From Felis catus (Eukaryota): 64,000 nt of DNA. Under the pieces are notes generated by a model. That model searched no databases. It was not told the origin of the DNA and was given only the letters and a program-made list of their open reading frames with translations. The position numbers and the translations under genes are program-made. Shown here piece by piece: positions 14,442-27,136 of the stretch (positions within the stretch are counted from its first letter, which is position 1; each line of letters starts with the position of its first letter). The stretch covers positions 11,904,001 to 11,968,000 of the forward strand of contig NC_058368.1 of assembly GCF_018350175.1 (NCBI RefSeq), in the 5' to 3' direction.

Positions 14442-14625
14442 CTGTAGTTTTTAGTATAGCTTTTAGTTCCCTGTCAGAATTCTCTATCTTGTCATTTAAT
14501 TATTGAACTTCTTTAATTATGTTAATGTTGACATCAGCCTTAATTTCTACATCACCTGTGGCTCTTTTTGTCTTATCTGTTTTGTTTTTTTTTTCTCTTT
14601 TTGGTAAAATCTTGTCCTATACAAA

Positions 14626-14785
14626 TTTTTTAAAATATTTATTTTGAGAGGTGGGGAGGGGCATAGAGAGAGGGGGACAGAGGATCCAAAGCAGAGAGCC
14701 TGATGTGAGGCTCAAACTCCCAAACTGTGAGATCATGACCTGAGTGAAAGTTGGACACTCAACCTACTGAGCCACCCAGGTGCCC
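14626..14785 (-). mobile_element. CAN-SINE (internally shorter)
   Basis: gagatcatgacctgag...tgagccacccaggtgccc. Confidence 0.88.
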
Positions 14786-15652
14786 TGTACATGTTATTTT
14801 TGATTGAGTGGTAGATTTTGTGTGTGAAAAATGTTACAGATAATTTGAGGCTCTGAATAATTTTGTAATTCTTCTGAAGAGGATTTATTTTTCCTTCTGA
14901 TAGGTAGTTGAGCTGTTGTCAGATCACGTTGGTCGAGTCAAGAATGCACTGTTTGGAAGCTAGACTTCAGTTTCTGACAGGCTGATTCTTTTTCTGATCA
15001 CCTTTAGGTGTAGGGTGTATTTGTTAGGGATCCACCTAGATGTCCAGCATGTTTTATAGGGACTCTGTTCTTTATTGGGCCCAGAATTCCAGTTTTTTCC
15101 TTTCCACCTCTGTGACAGTGATGAAAACATTGCTTAATTGTCAGTTTCTTTCCCTTTTAGAATCAGTTATCAGTTTTTATGAGAAAAGCAATCCTAGGGC
15201 CAGTCTCAAATCTCTTGATTTCTCTCTTCTTTTGAAACTTTATCCTGCAAATTTTCACTGCTTTGGTAGCTCTTTTATCACCTTAAAACTGATTTTTTTT
15301 TAAAAAAGATCTGTTATCTAACCTTTCTGTTTGTTCCAAGGAAGATGGTTCAAAAAGTCTAATCAGCTTTTGTCAGAAACAGAACTTTTCACCTTTTTTA
15401 ACCCATTAATTTGTCTTATTTTAATGTTATTTTTGATCTGTATATATTTAACATTTCTGTAACTTGTTTTATAATAATACAGTGAACACTTATGTATTGT
15501 TAGCTCCTGGTTTATTACTCTCCAGACCTTTCCTTCTGTGTCTTCTCTGTCCCAGGTAACCACTGTGTTGAATTGGGATCTATTATTCCCCAACTAAAAC
15601 AAAACACTTTACCACATGTATATCTCTAAAATACTTTAGTTTTGCTTATTCC

Positions 15653-15795
15653 TTTTTTTTTTTTTTTTTTAATAATGTTAGTTTATTTTGAGAGAGAGAG
15701 CCAATGCATAAGCCTGGGAGAGGCAGAGAGAGAGGGAAAGAGAGAATCCCAGGCAGGCTCTACACTGTCAGCATGGAGCCCAACGTGGGGCTCAG
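15653..15795 (-). mobile_element. 5'-truncated CAN-SINE
   Basis: poly(T), GA-rich region and body, but no tRNA head. Confidence 0.8.
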
Positions 15796-16154
15796 TCCGT
15801 ATGTTTGAGTTATACCATATATATTCTTGGCTGATTTGCTTTTGTCATTACACATTTGTTTCTTCATATAATCCTTGTTATTATATCTAGCTGTACTTCA
15901 TTCATTACTCTGCATTATGATATCAGTGTGTGAAATCACTTACATGTATTCTCTTAGTGGACATTTGGAATATTTCCATTTCTTTCCTCTCTGAAACAGT
16001 GCCCCTATGAATGTTCTTATAGAGGCCACCTGTTGCATATGAGCAAGAATTTCTCTAGGTTATCGTTATACAAGTGAAATTGATGAATCACAGTGTATAC
16101 ACACATTTAACTTTTCATTCCCAAATTATTTTTCAAAATCAGTGTTAAAACTTA

Positions 16155-16379
16155 TTTTTTTTTAATTTTTTTTTTAACGTTTTATTTATTTTTGGGACAG
16201 AGAGAGACAGAGCATGAGCGGGGGAGGGGCAGAGAGAGAGGGAGACACAGAATCGGAAGCAGGCTCCAGGCTCTGAGCCATCAGCCCAGAGCCCGATGCA
16301 GGGCTCGAACTCACGGATCGCAAGATCGTGACCTGAGCTGAAGTCGGACGCTTAACCGAATGCGCCACCCAGGCGCCCC
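16155..16379 (-). mobile_element. young CAN-SINE (SINEC_Fc-like)
   Basis: Target-site duplication aaaacttatttttt. Confidence 0.95.
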
Positions 16380-19079
16380 AAAACTTATTTTTTATTAGCA
16401 GTATATATACCCAGGATTGTCAGATCTTTTCACTTTTGCCCATTTATTAGTTAGAAAATACATTAAGACTCATTCTGGTCTTAATTTGCATTTCCCTGGT
16501 TGTTGATTAAGTTTTTATGTCTAGTTACTATTTACGTTGCCTCTTTCTGAAATTCCTTTTGAGGTCTTTTGCCTTTTTCTCTGAGCTTTTTGTCTTTTAT
16601 AAGTAATCTTAACACACATTAATGCTTTTCTGGGTATATGTTGCAATATCTTGATAATAAATGCATAAAATCTCATTTATGGTGTGTCTTTACTCCCTTT
16701 GTGTGGTGTCTTTTGAACAAAAATTATCAATTTTAATGTAGCTAAATTTATTCCTTTCTTTTGTAGTTAGTGCTTTTTACATCTTTAAGAAAGCCTTCCC
16801 TACTCTAGTGTTACAAAAATAGTCTCCCATATGTTCTAAAAGTTTTAAGGTTTTCTTTTCACATTAAAAAAAATTTAATCCATCTGGAATTAATTCATTT
16901 GTTTGTATGCTGTGACTTTAAGGATTTCATTTCTTTTTTCTTCCATTAGGGCAACCAAATTTCCCATCATAAATTATTGAGTAATCTTTCCTTCTTCCAG
17001 TCCTCTGCATTGTAGCACTTATATTGTTTATACCCTCTGTTCTTTATGGATGCTTTGTTGGCTCATCTACAGGGTGTCTTTCCTTAAAGTTTTGTAATTT
17101 TCTTTGTAAAGAAAATTTTAAAAATTTTCTTGTAAAACTTTGTTAGGTACTTTGATTTTTTAAGTTATGTATTATATTCGTGGTTGATTTGGAGAATTAT
17201 TTTATAGTTTGAGTCTTTTGTTCATTTTTCTTGCTAAATAAACTCTTTTCTCCTTATTTTTAATTTTTTCTGAAGAATGCCAGTCTTGATTATTAGAAAT
17301 AAGAAAATTTCTAATCCTTAAATATTTTATCGCTCTACTAATTTCCTTATATTTCTATATGTGTTTCCTCTGCTTACCATTTTTCATCTCCACTTCGTAT
17401 ATCAGGTTTTGAAAGTGATATAGTCAAGTCTTCTGTGGTGATGACATTTTCTATCTTTTACTCTTTTTTTAAAATCATTTTTGTTTTGATTTATTTTGAT
17501 ATTCTGCTAGTTGTACAGATGTTCATGAATTTTATATCTTGCTGTGTTATAAGATTTAAAAAGCATATCAGTATCCTATTCACACCAGTGTCCCAATCAA
17601 ATCCATATCCCATTTCATGCCTTTGATCTTGACTGATACATTTTTTCATCTTGTTAGTTGTACATTTACTCTGTCATTGATTTTATTGCATCTGTTTTGG
17701 ATTTATATTATTTTGAACCATCTGAGAGTCTGTTGGTTTTATTTATAACTTTTTCTATTTTGTAATATATACTGATTGACTTTTTCTTATGAATTAAATA
17801 TTTTAGTAGAATATATATTTGAATAATTCTTTCAAAATGGTATATAACTTGGAAACTTTCTCTGTGTCTTAGCTTGCTGAAAATATATTTTCCCTTATTC
17901 TTGAGTACTGGTATCCTATGTTTCAGGGCACTTGGCTGCAGAAAATTCAGAAAATTGTTTTTTGGCATCTAGTCTCAGCAGCTGAGAAATCTCAACTTGA
18001 TCTGATTCTCACTTGTTTTTTGGAAGGTTTCCCCATGGAATCTTTGGGATCTTTTTGATATTCTTAGTTCAGAAATTTCATCAGAACATTTCTAATGTGA
18101 TTGCTTTTTCATTATTTCCACTTTATACTTTGAAGGCATTTCTCAACTGAAGTGAGCCGAAAGCTGTATGTGTTTGACAAGTTTGCCTTCTGTATGTTGG
18201 GACCGCCTGTCCTGTTGCCCAAGAGTTACCTGAGCTGCCATTTGAGTTCTGTTTCTGAGTCTGCCTCTGGAAATCACTCCTGTCATCTGGCAGCATACTG
18301 GATCTCTAGTATTCCAAGATTGGGTTCAGCTCTCTTGTCATCTTACTTTAGTTCCCTGGCTGCCACTGTAAATTCACACGTATTGCAACGCCTGTCTTTG
18401 TCATCTCAGGATTGTTCTGTGATTGTGCTTAAAAAAACAAAAACAAAACAAAAAAACACCCAAACTTTTTTGGAGGATATTTCCTTCTGTGCTTTTATGG
18501 AGACGGAAACCTTCTAGCTCTGTTCATTTTTTTACTGTATATTTTTTGTTTTTTAATTTTCTAAGGTTCTGGCCTTCTCCTTGGCCCTTTTTGGTTTCCA
18601 GCCCTGCTGTGTATCTATTGCCATTTTGGTGGGATTTAGGTAGGAAGATATTAATGCATGTTTTTTTCTTACTTAGAGTCAACTGCAAGCCTTCCTAATT
18701 TTTCTTCTCAAAATTTTTTGTATATATCTTACCCCTTGTTTAAGAACTGCTTTTTGGCTCTGTTGAGTTTGATCCTAGTCTGTGCCAACTGCCTTAAATA
18801 GTTGAATCATTAGTCTCAAAGGGCTAAGTAAGGAAGCATATGTTTAAGTGGTTAGAGTTGGTCCTTCCTCACACTTATAAAGCATCAACTGCTGATGGAT
18901 GTGTAAGTGCTATATGTGGGTGCTAGTGAAGATAAGTCAGCCTTTTTGAGAAATAGATGAGGTAGGTTAGTCATCTATAATGACCATCACTGCAGAAGAT
19001 AAGACTTCATTCATTCACTAAGTATTAATTAAACATGAAAATTCTTATTTATGTTTTAATGTCCTTCATTTTTGTTTAG

Positions 19080-19148
19080 CTCCCAGGAAAAAAGACAACT
19101 AAGCTTTGGGTTCCAGATGAAGAAGTTTCTCCTGAGACAATGGTCAAA
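19080..19148 (+). CDS. PDS5B: PDS5B exon (~22), LPGKKTTKLWVPDEEVSPETMVK
   Basis: tttgtttag acceptor, AAA|gtgagt donor; 69 nt; translated by hand. Confidence 0.96.
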
Positions 19149-19304
19149 GTGAGTGATGTACATAGACCTTTTTATTTTAATACATTCACTAGATTGTATT
19201 ATCATTATAGGTATTAAAATTCCTGTTATAAAGATATGGCTGTTAAAATCATCCAAGTGTTTATATTTATTATATGACATTATCCCATCTGCTTTTATAA
19301 AGTA

Positions 19305-19514
19305 ATTTTTTTTTTATGTTTATTTATTTTTGAGAGAGACAGACAGAATATGACTGGGTTAGGGGCAGAGAGAGAGGGAGACACAGAATCCGAAGCAGGG
19401 TCCAGGCTCTGAGCTGTCAGCGCAGAGCTCAACGTGGGGCTCGAACTCATGAGCTGTGAGATCGTGACCCGAGCCGAAGCTGGACGCTCAACCGACTGAG
19501 CCACCCAGGTGCCC
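19305..19514 (-). mobile_element. CAN-SINE
   Basis: Flanking duplication ccatctgcttt. Confidence 0.93.
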
Positions 19515-20715
19515 TCCATCTGCTTTGAGAGTAAAGAGCAGTTAATGAAAACCTGAGGCCTCATGGGCAACTGCACATAATCTAATGTGAAAAGAAAAAA
19601 AAAAAGTGTTTAAAACCGCCTCCATGTTGCTGCTTAGAAAAGACCATGCTGGTTTTCTCACGTACATTCTCCTATTCAGTAAAGACGGTCATCCAGGAGA
19701 AGACTATTCACCTTTTCTATGAGATTTGATAAAACTTTTTATTTTGATTTAAAAAACAATTCAACCCATTGTTCCTTGAAGTAGGAGTAATACATAAAAG
19801 ATTATCCATCACTAGTGTAGAGAGTATTTATTAAAAGGATCTACAGTCTGTAATGTAGACCACATCTCATTCCACTGCCAGGAAAAAATATATTAGATAC
19901 TGTTTTTCTAGTTGTGTTTCATATAAATCTGTTCGTGTTGTGTGTGTATGTGTGTACTAGTTTATATTTTATATTAGGAACTATTTTGTCACGTTATTCC
20001 AGCTTCAGATTTTGATGCTGTTTCTGCAGCTGGTGGAATGATGCTTGGTGCTTTTAGTTCCAGTATAAACCTGTTTTCTCAGCATTGGTCTCAGGCAGCA
20101 GTTTTTTGTAGTCAGGCAGCACTGGACTAGAAGGCAGGTGACCTGCACTTAAGTTCATGCTTAACAAATGCCCTTTGAGAGGGATCTGAAAAGTTTCTGC
20201 CATATACCATTGTTCTAGACCCACTTAGCTCCTGAGCCATAGATCTGTAAAAAACTAAGATAATAAGTGAAAACGAGGTAATATGCACCTCTTCAAAAAG
20301 GGTTGTTGGAAACATTAAAGGCAGTAACATATTTTAAAGTACTTAAGTACTTCATAATTATAAAATGTAGCACAAAAGATGGAATATAATTTGTAGTTGG
20401 GAACTTAACTTTTCTGACTAAGAAAGTTAGCATGATTTACCGTGGGGTCTAAGGAGTAAAGCTTATGATGGGGAAACATTAAACAAAAAGAACTAGTCTT
20501 TAGTTCTGTCATTCATTTGTCAGTTGCATGGGTGGGAGGGTAAAACATCTTTAAGGCATTCAGTTATCTTGATATATGCAGAAAAGAATGATTCTTTTTT
20601 CCTTTCCTTTTCTTAAAAAGCATCCATTGAAACCATTTCATTTTTTTGAAGGTTGATACAGAATTTTTTCTTTTAATGTAGCAATGTTGTATTTGTCAAT
20701 TTGTCTTTTAAATAG

Positions 20716-20852
20716 ATTCAGGCTATTAAAATGATGGTTCGATGGCTCCTTGGAATGAAAAATAATCACAGTAAATCAGGAACTTCTACCTTAAGATTGC
20801 TAACTACAATATTGCATAGTGATGGAGACTTGACAGAACAGGGGAAAATTAG
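20716..20852 (+). CDS. PDS5B: PDS5B exon (~23), [45 protein letters not shown](S)
   Basis: aaatag acceptor, AG|gtatgt donor; 137 nt; overlaps ORF 20731..20913. Confidence 0.96.
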
Positions 20853-20919
20853 GTATGTAATTATCATTTCAAAATTCTTGTGCAGTATTTCAATATCATG
20901 TGTAAATGTTTAAAAAAAA

Positions 20920-21128
20920 TTTTTTTTTTAACATTTATTCATTTTTTGAGAGACAGAGAGCACAAGCAGGGGAGGGGCAGAGAGAGGGGGAGACACAGAA
21001 TCCAAAGCAGGCTCCAGGCTCCGAGGTGTCAGTGCAGAGCCCGATGCGGGGCTTGAATTCATGAAACGCAAGATCATGACCTGAGCCGAGGTCGGACGCT
21101 TAACTGACTGAGCCACCCAGGCGCCCCC
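20920..21128 (-). mobile_element. CAN-SINE close to the exon 23 donor
   Basis: Target-site duplication tgtgtaaatgtttaaa. Confidence 0.94.
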
Positions 21129-21429
21129 GTGTGTAAATGTTTAAAGGTCATTTTCTTTTTAAGAAAATAATTAGTATTTCCATGGAGATGTGCATATATT
21201 TTTATTATAATATGCTTTTATACAGTGGTTATTTCAAAATGGCAGTCATATGTCTGGGGCAGGGTATTGCTATACATATTAAAGTCTAAAGGAAAAAGAA
21301 CACACTGGGTAGAAGACAAGTTATTGAATCTGTTTCCAGAACTATAAACCTAAATATATGCAAACTTAAAAATGTACTTGATTTAAATTAAATTATATAA
21401 ACATACACACTTTGTTTTGTTTGAAATAT

Positions 21430-21604
21430 GTAGTTGAGTATAGTGATTCAAAAATTGGACCCTGGAGCCTGGATTCAAATCCTGGCACCACCACTCACTA
21501 GCTAGTTAAATGACTAGTTAAATGACTAGTTAAATGACTCACTAGCTAGTTAAGTGACTTTAACTACTTTGTGTGTCTGTTTCCTCATTTATAAAATAGA
21601 GATA
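21430..21604. mobile_element. MIR fragment with an internal short tandem repeat
   Basis: cctggattcaaatcctggcaccaccactcactagct...tgtttcctcatttataaaat. Confidence 0.7.
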
Positions 21605-21769
21605 GGGACACCTGGGTGGCTCAGTCGGTTGAGCGTCCGACTTCAGCTCAGGTCATGATCTCACGGTTCGTGGTTCGAGCCCAGTGTCAGGCTCTGCGCT
21701 GACAGCTCAGAGCCTGGAGCCTGCTTCGGATTCTGTGTCTCCCTCTCCCTCCCTCCCTCCCTCTCTCTG

Positions 21770-21801
<32 letters not shown>

Positions 21802-21858
21802 CCCCTCTCCCCTCCCCCACTTGTGTGGGCACATGCACGCTCTCAAAAATAAATAAAA
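21605..21858 (+). mobile_element. CAN-SINE inserted in MIR
   Basis: Target-site duplication aaaatagagata. Confidence 0.94.
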
Positions 21859-22528
21859 TAGAGATAATGATTATAATCATTATAAGACATTATAATGTCT
21901 TGTCTAGCTATTATAATAGTCACTATTCATGTGCATATTTAGATTTCATCTCACCTGTTTTTATTCATGTTATTCTTTAATGAAATCAAATGTGTGTTTT
22001 AATTCTGCAAATATATGTGAATTGCATTGGTTCACTTTTTTTTTTTTTTTTTAATTTACATCCCGATTAGTTAGCATGTAGTGCAACAATGATTTCAGGA
22101 GTAACATTGGTTCACTTTTAAAACAAGTGTTTATATAGAAATTTGGTCTTCAAAAACTTAGTTGTAAAATATTGAATTTAATTATTTGTCTTTATTTGCA
22201 CTAAATAAACTCCAGAAGAAAACCAGAATTTCCTTTAGTGGTGGTCGAGTGAATTACCTCATGATAGCTACTTGGAATATTGCTGTTGATTAACTGAATA
22301 GCACCTCGAGGACATGTAACTTTAGAACCTTATAAATGTTGACATGCATTCAGTCAGTATTTTTGCATAATCCTTAGAGAAAGGAGAGTCTTAAGCCAAT
22401 TAGGTCATGAGATTGTAGAAGACCAAGAATTTGTCTTTTAAGTCACTCTCAGCGCTGTATATATGGTAGACACATACTTGTTTTATGAATATTAAATAAT
22501 AATCTTTTACTGTGAAAGTACATGGGGA

Positions 22529-22614
22529 GTCAGTTTGTCTTTTAAATACATTAAGGCTATTAAAATGATGGCTCGGTGGCTTCTTGAAGTGAAAATAATC
22601 ACAGTAAATCAGGA
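22529..22614 (+). pseudogene. decayed partial duplicate of the PDS5B intron 22/exon 23 junction (pseudo-exon)
   Basis: Aligns to 20695..20781 with 8 substitutions and a 1-nt deletion; acceptor AG changed to AC. Confidence 0.9.
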
Positions 22615-22700
22615 TTTACTGTGTAATTCATCTGATATATCACTATATTAGGAAGAATTGTTTAGATGTATTTACTATTTAAGAATTTACTAATGTTTTA

Positions 22701-22918
22701 GGGGTGCCTGGGTTGCTCAGTCAGTTGAGCATCTAGCTCTTGATTTCGGTTTGGATCATGATCCAGGGTTCATGGGATCGAGCCCTGCGTCAGGACTCTG
22801 GACTGAGTGTGGAGCCTGTCTCAGATTCTCTTTCTCCCCCTCTCCCCCACTCCCCTGCTTGCATACTCTTTCTCTCTCTCTCAAATCATAAAAAAAAAAA
22901 AAAAAAGAAAAAGAAAAA
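22701..22918 (+). mobile_element. CAN-SINE
   Basis: ggggtgcctgggttgctcag head and A-rich tail. Confidence 0.9.
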
Positions 22919-23438
22919 TTTTGCTGATGTTTGAGGTGCGTCCCATGAAGCAGAAGTTTTCTTAAATTTAAAAGGAGCTTCTTGGTAATATTTGAAAAGT
23001 TGAATTCTAAAAATTGTGATGTTTTCTGCTACACCTGCTTTCATTCTTCTTTTATACTTAGCACATTAGTTTTAGTTGACTGATTAACAAGTTAGGACAT
23101 TTTTGTGCCTAATCTATAAGTAAACACATAACCAAAAAAAATCCATACCAGAAGACTTTAGCTAAACATACAAATATATTCTAAGCTTTAATCTTGGCTA
23201 AAGCTATTTTATGTAGAATTAAATGACTTCAGTATAGACTGTGTTCAGGAAAAGAACTTTGGAGTATTAGACACCATGTTCCAAAGTTAAGTAAACATAA
23301 GTGTTCAGTGTCACTGAATTGCCTTCTGCCCTTTTTTTGGCCACAGGAAATTTTTAAAAATTTGATGTAGCAAGTAGGAATGTTCTTATGCAGACATTTA
23401 GAAATCTAATTTGTAATTCTTTCTTATTTATTTTTTAG

Positions 23439-23562
23439 TAAACCGGATATGTCACGTCTGAGGCTTGCAGCTGGAAGTGCTATTGTAAAGCTGGCACAAG
23501 AACCTTGTTATCATGAAATCATCACATTAGAACAGTACCAGCTCTGCGCATTAGCTATCAAT
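23439..23562 (+). CDS. PDS5B: PDS5B exon (~24), (S)[41 protein letters not shown]
   Basis: ttttttag acceptor, AAT|gtaagg donor; 124 nt; phase fits the previous exon. Confidence 0.96.
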
Positions 23563-23743
23563 GTAAGGAAGATGGCCATATAGAATAGAACTTTATATGG
23601 TCTTTGACTTTTTAGGAAGAAAAAAACGTCCTCCATGATATAGAGATAAAAATGTTGAATTGTCTCCTTTTGGAAAATGTATGCATGAGAAACATTTCAG
23701 AGTTCTAAAACTGTTGTTTGAGTTTTGGGTTGCTAACATAATA

Positions 23744-24371
23744 CATTCGATTCTCGTTATTTGTAGTAGTTCTATTCTACAGTCACCCCAACCACCAAAT
23801 TAGCAAATACTGATCCATTGCTTCTAAGGGAAATACAGGGGTGGTTTCTCCAGGCCTCTGTTCCCAACATTTTTGTCAGTCTGTCAGTACATAACCTTGT
23901 TTTATGTGTGTTTCTATTTGAGGACATATGATTTAATATATAGTTGTGTCACTACCATTGAACTCATGACCAACAGAGTAACTGCTGCCTGAATAAAACT
24001 TTGCTAACATGTATTCTCCCTATGGCATATCACAACCTTCTTGCTTTTAGGAACACTGAACAGCACTATGCTTGGGAGCTCTTTTAAACAACAAAACCAC
24101 CAACAAATGCACAAAAATGTGAAAAAATGTGGCACTAAATAGACTGTCAAAAGGACACTTGTTTACAATACAAGAGCTGACACAACAGGCCTTGCTTTGT
24201 TCAACTTCATTCAGATGGGATGTATGTCAGATGATTCAGATTGTTGCTTGTTCATTTACTCTCTACTGTATTGATTTACTCACTTTAAGTATTGATTTTG
24301 GGGTTACAAATAAATTGTAGTGAGTAGGTGAATTCACAGATTTGGAATGTGTAAATAATGAGAATTGAATA
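23744..24371. mobile_element. non-autonomous TcMar-Tigger element (MER82-like)
   Basis: Imperfect TIRs cattcgattctcgttattt / aaataatgagaattgaata with TA flanks; internal sequence resembles MER82 (from memory). Confidence 0.65.
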
Positions 24372-26749
24372 TATTGAGGTCTTAAAAGGAATAAAAAATA
24401 CAGACATTTACAGTTTTATAAAGATATGATACAGATTAATAAACATTTCTTATTTCTCCAGCCAGTTAAAATTTGAAGTTATTAACAGCGATACTAATGG
24501 ATTCATTCTCTAGTCTTACAGATTTCATATTAGAGTAACATAGTATTTGAATCCTGTTACTTTGGAAGTTTTTAGCATCATTGAGAAAATTAAAAAGGAC
24601 TTCCATAATGGAAAATATGATATTTAAATATGAGCTTTTCATTCATTTTTTTGGTCATTTTACACTTAATTTTCCTGTTCTTTTCCAAGTAGTCTTATGT
24701 ATAAGAATTTGGCATTTATTTTAGGGATTATTGTAATTTTTCTTTCCACCCTTCCCTCTGCTTATTTTTAAATTAGTGCTTATGTGTAACTCCTAGCCAT
24801 AAGCAATTGCCTGTTTTTTGTAATCATTTTGTCAGAATATGGTACTTTAGTCTTTAAAAAAGCTATTCCAGATCTCCAAATCTTGTTATTGTTTTGTTTT
24901 AGTTTTAGTGTTGTAATTCAGATATTATACTAAACCATTTGAAAATGAGATTTCGAGGAATCCATAATTTCCTGGTTTAGTTTTCCTCATTAAATTTTAG
25001 AAATAATCTTATTTTGCAAGAAAGTGAAAATTGTTTAAAAATATATATTAAATATCTTAGAAGAAAACCTTTGTAATTTTTTTTTTAGATTGGTGATACA
25101 GTCGGTTGATTTATCACATTCTTGGTCTGATATTTCTAAAAGTATTGGTGCTACCAGTTTTAAAGTGGAAACTGTTACAGAAGTATGGAAATACGTGAGA
25201 GAAATGGGCTTTGTTTGAAACTTATTGTGTGTAAAAAGTATGTACAAATCGTTAAATATTCACTATGTGTGAAAAGCATCCATACTTCTAGAGATTTTCT
25301 AGCACAATATATGTTATGTATTACTATCTCAGTCACCAAATTCCCAAGGTGAAAGTTCAGATTGCCTAAGTTTTAAGATTGCTTTGGAATACTGTTGACT
25401 ATGGAACATGTGTTAATGGTTGAAAGTTAGTTATTAGCATATTCTCACAACTTACAGACATACGCAGTTACCCTCCTGAAAAATACCTTTCTGCTGTGCT
25501 TCTAAACCATGTGCTTGTCTCTTCTTTTTCAGTCTCCAAACCTCAAAGAGTAATCTGTATCTTTGTCTTTTTTACCCACTTATCTCTCAGTCCTCACTAC
25601 TCACATTTTGGCATTTGCTTTTCTTATTTTTCCAAAAATGCTTTATTGAAGGCCTCGAATCCAGTGATACTAGTTAGTCTTCATTATTCATGTCCTTTCT
25701 GCATTATTTGACACAGCTCACTGCACCTTTATTCTTGAAATTCTCTCTGGTTTCTGTCTCCTGATTTTTGTTGTTCCTCTCTAACTACATTTTTTGGTTC
25801 TGTTTTCCTTTGAATGCATGTATTCTGTAAGGATTTGTTGATGACCAAATTTTCCACTTATACATTCTTTTTTAGCTATCTTATTTTCTTCGTAGGTGAC
25901 CCCTGTACTAGCAACATTTTAACATTTTTGCAGGTCAGTCTGGTGCCACTTATAAGGCTAAACAGAAATTTCAAACTCTTATGGTCTGTGAATGTTAAGA
26001 CTGAATTCATAATCTTTCTGAAATCTATTCTTTACTGACATGTAGAGCCTCAGTAAGCATTAAATAAATCTGAATGGTATTCTTAGATTGAAAAACATGA
26101 TTTATATTTGACTATTTGCTTGTCCTTGTGCCTTGTTACAGAAGTGCAGATAATCTGTCCTGTGTCATATCTTTTCACTCATATCTTCTTAACTGTTCTT
26201 ACCACTGTAATCATCATTAGCTTTCACCTGGACTATTGGGAGACTTTTCTGCTGTGGTTTAAATTTCCCTATCACAGTTCCAATCATATTATTTTCCCAG
26301 TCAAAAATATTTAGGGGCTTATACTTGTAAAAAAAAAAAAGAGAGAGAAAGAAAGAAAAGAAAGAAAAATTGCATGTATTTTACAGTTTGGCTGTTCAAA
26401 CCCTTCTAATATTGTGGGTCCAAATATACACTTAAAAAATCTTGTTTAACCCACTACCCTTACCTACCTTCATTTCAGTGAAACTGAACAGTTTTTTTTC
26501 TTTTATGTGCCTGTAGTTTGCTTTCTTCTCACCCTCCCATTTCCACAAGTCCATCTCTGACCCTTTTTGCAAATCAAGGCTTAAACACAACCTTCTCCAC
26601 AAAACTTGCTCAGATTCTTACAGCTGGTCTCATTTTTATTCCCCACAGATTTTATCTTCAGTCTTTTGATACATACATGCATCATGCTTTATTTATTTTT
26701 ATATACGTCTGCTTTATTTCTCTTACTCGAGTTGAGTTCTTTAAAGGTA

Positions 26750-27136
26750 ATATTGTGATTTATATATACAATGGAATACTACTTGGCAATGAGAAGGAAT
26801 GAAATATGGCCTTTTGTAGCAACATGGATGGAACTGGAGAGTGTTATGCCAAGTGAAATAAGTCATACAGAGAAAAACAGATACCATATGTTTTCACTCT
26901 TATGTGGATCCTGAGAAACTTAACAGAAGACCATGGGGGAGGGGAGGGGAAAAAAAAAAAGAGAGAGAGGGAGCCAAACCATAAGAGACTCTTAAAAACT
27001 GAGAATAAACTGAGGGTTGATGGGGGGTGGGAGGGAGGGGAAAGTGGGTGATGGGCATTGAGGAGGGCACCTGTTGGGATGAGCACTGGGTGTTGTATGG
27101 AAACCAATTTGACAATTTCATATTAAAAAAAAAAAA
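26750..27136 (+). mobile_element. 5'-truncated felid-type LINE-1 3' end with poly(A) tail
   Basis: ORF2 end (atggaatactac...atggatggaactggag...agtgaaataagtca), G-rich 3' UTR, A tail, aaaggta target-site duplication. Confidence 0.9.

Larger units (their letters stand above)
15370..18130 (-). mobile_element. old LINE-1 fragments (L1ME-like)
   Basis: ggtaaccactgtg, gtggacatttgg, ttaatttgcatttccctg and other L1 3'-end motifs. Confidence 0.55.

Noticed and set aside
21605..21680. tRNA-like A/B box sequence
   Set aside because: Head of a tRNA-derived SINE, not a tRNA gene; the same applies to all SINE heads here
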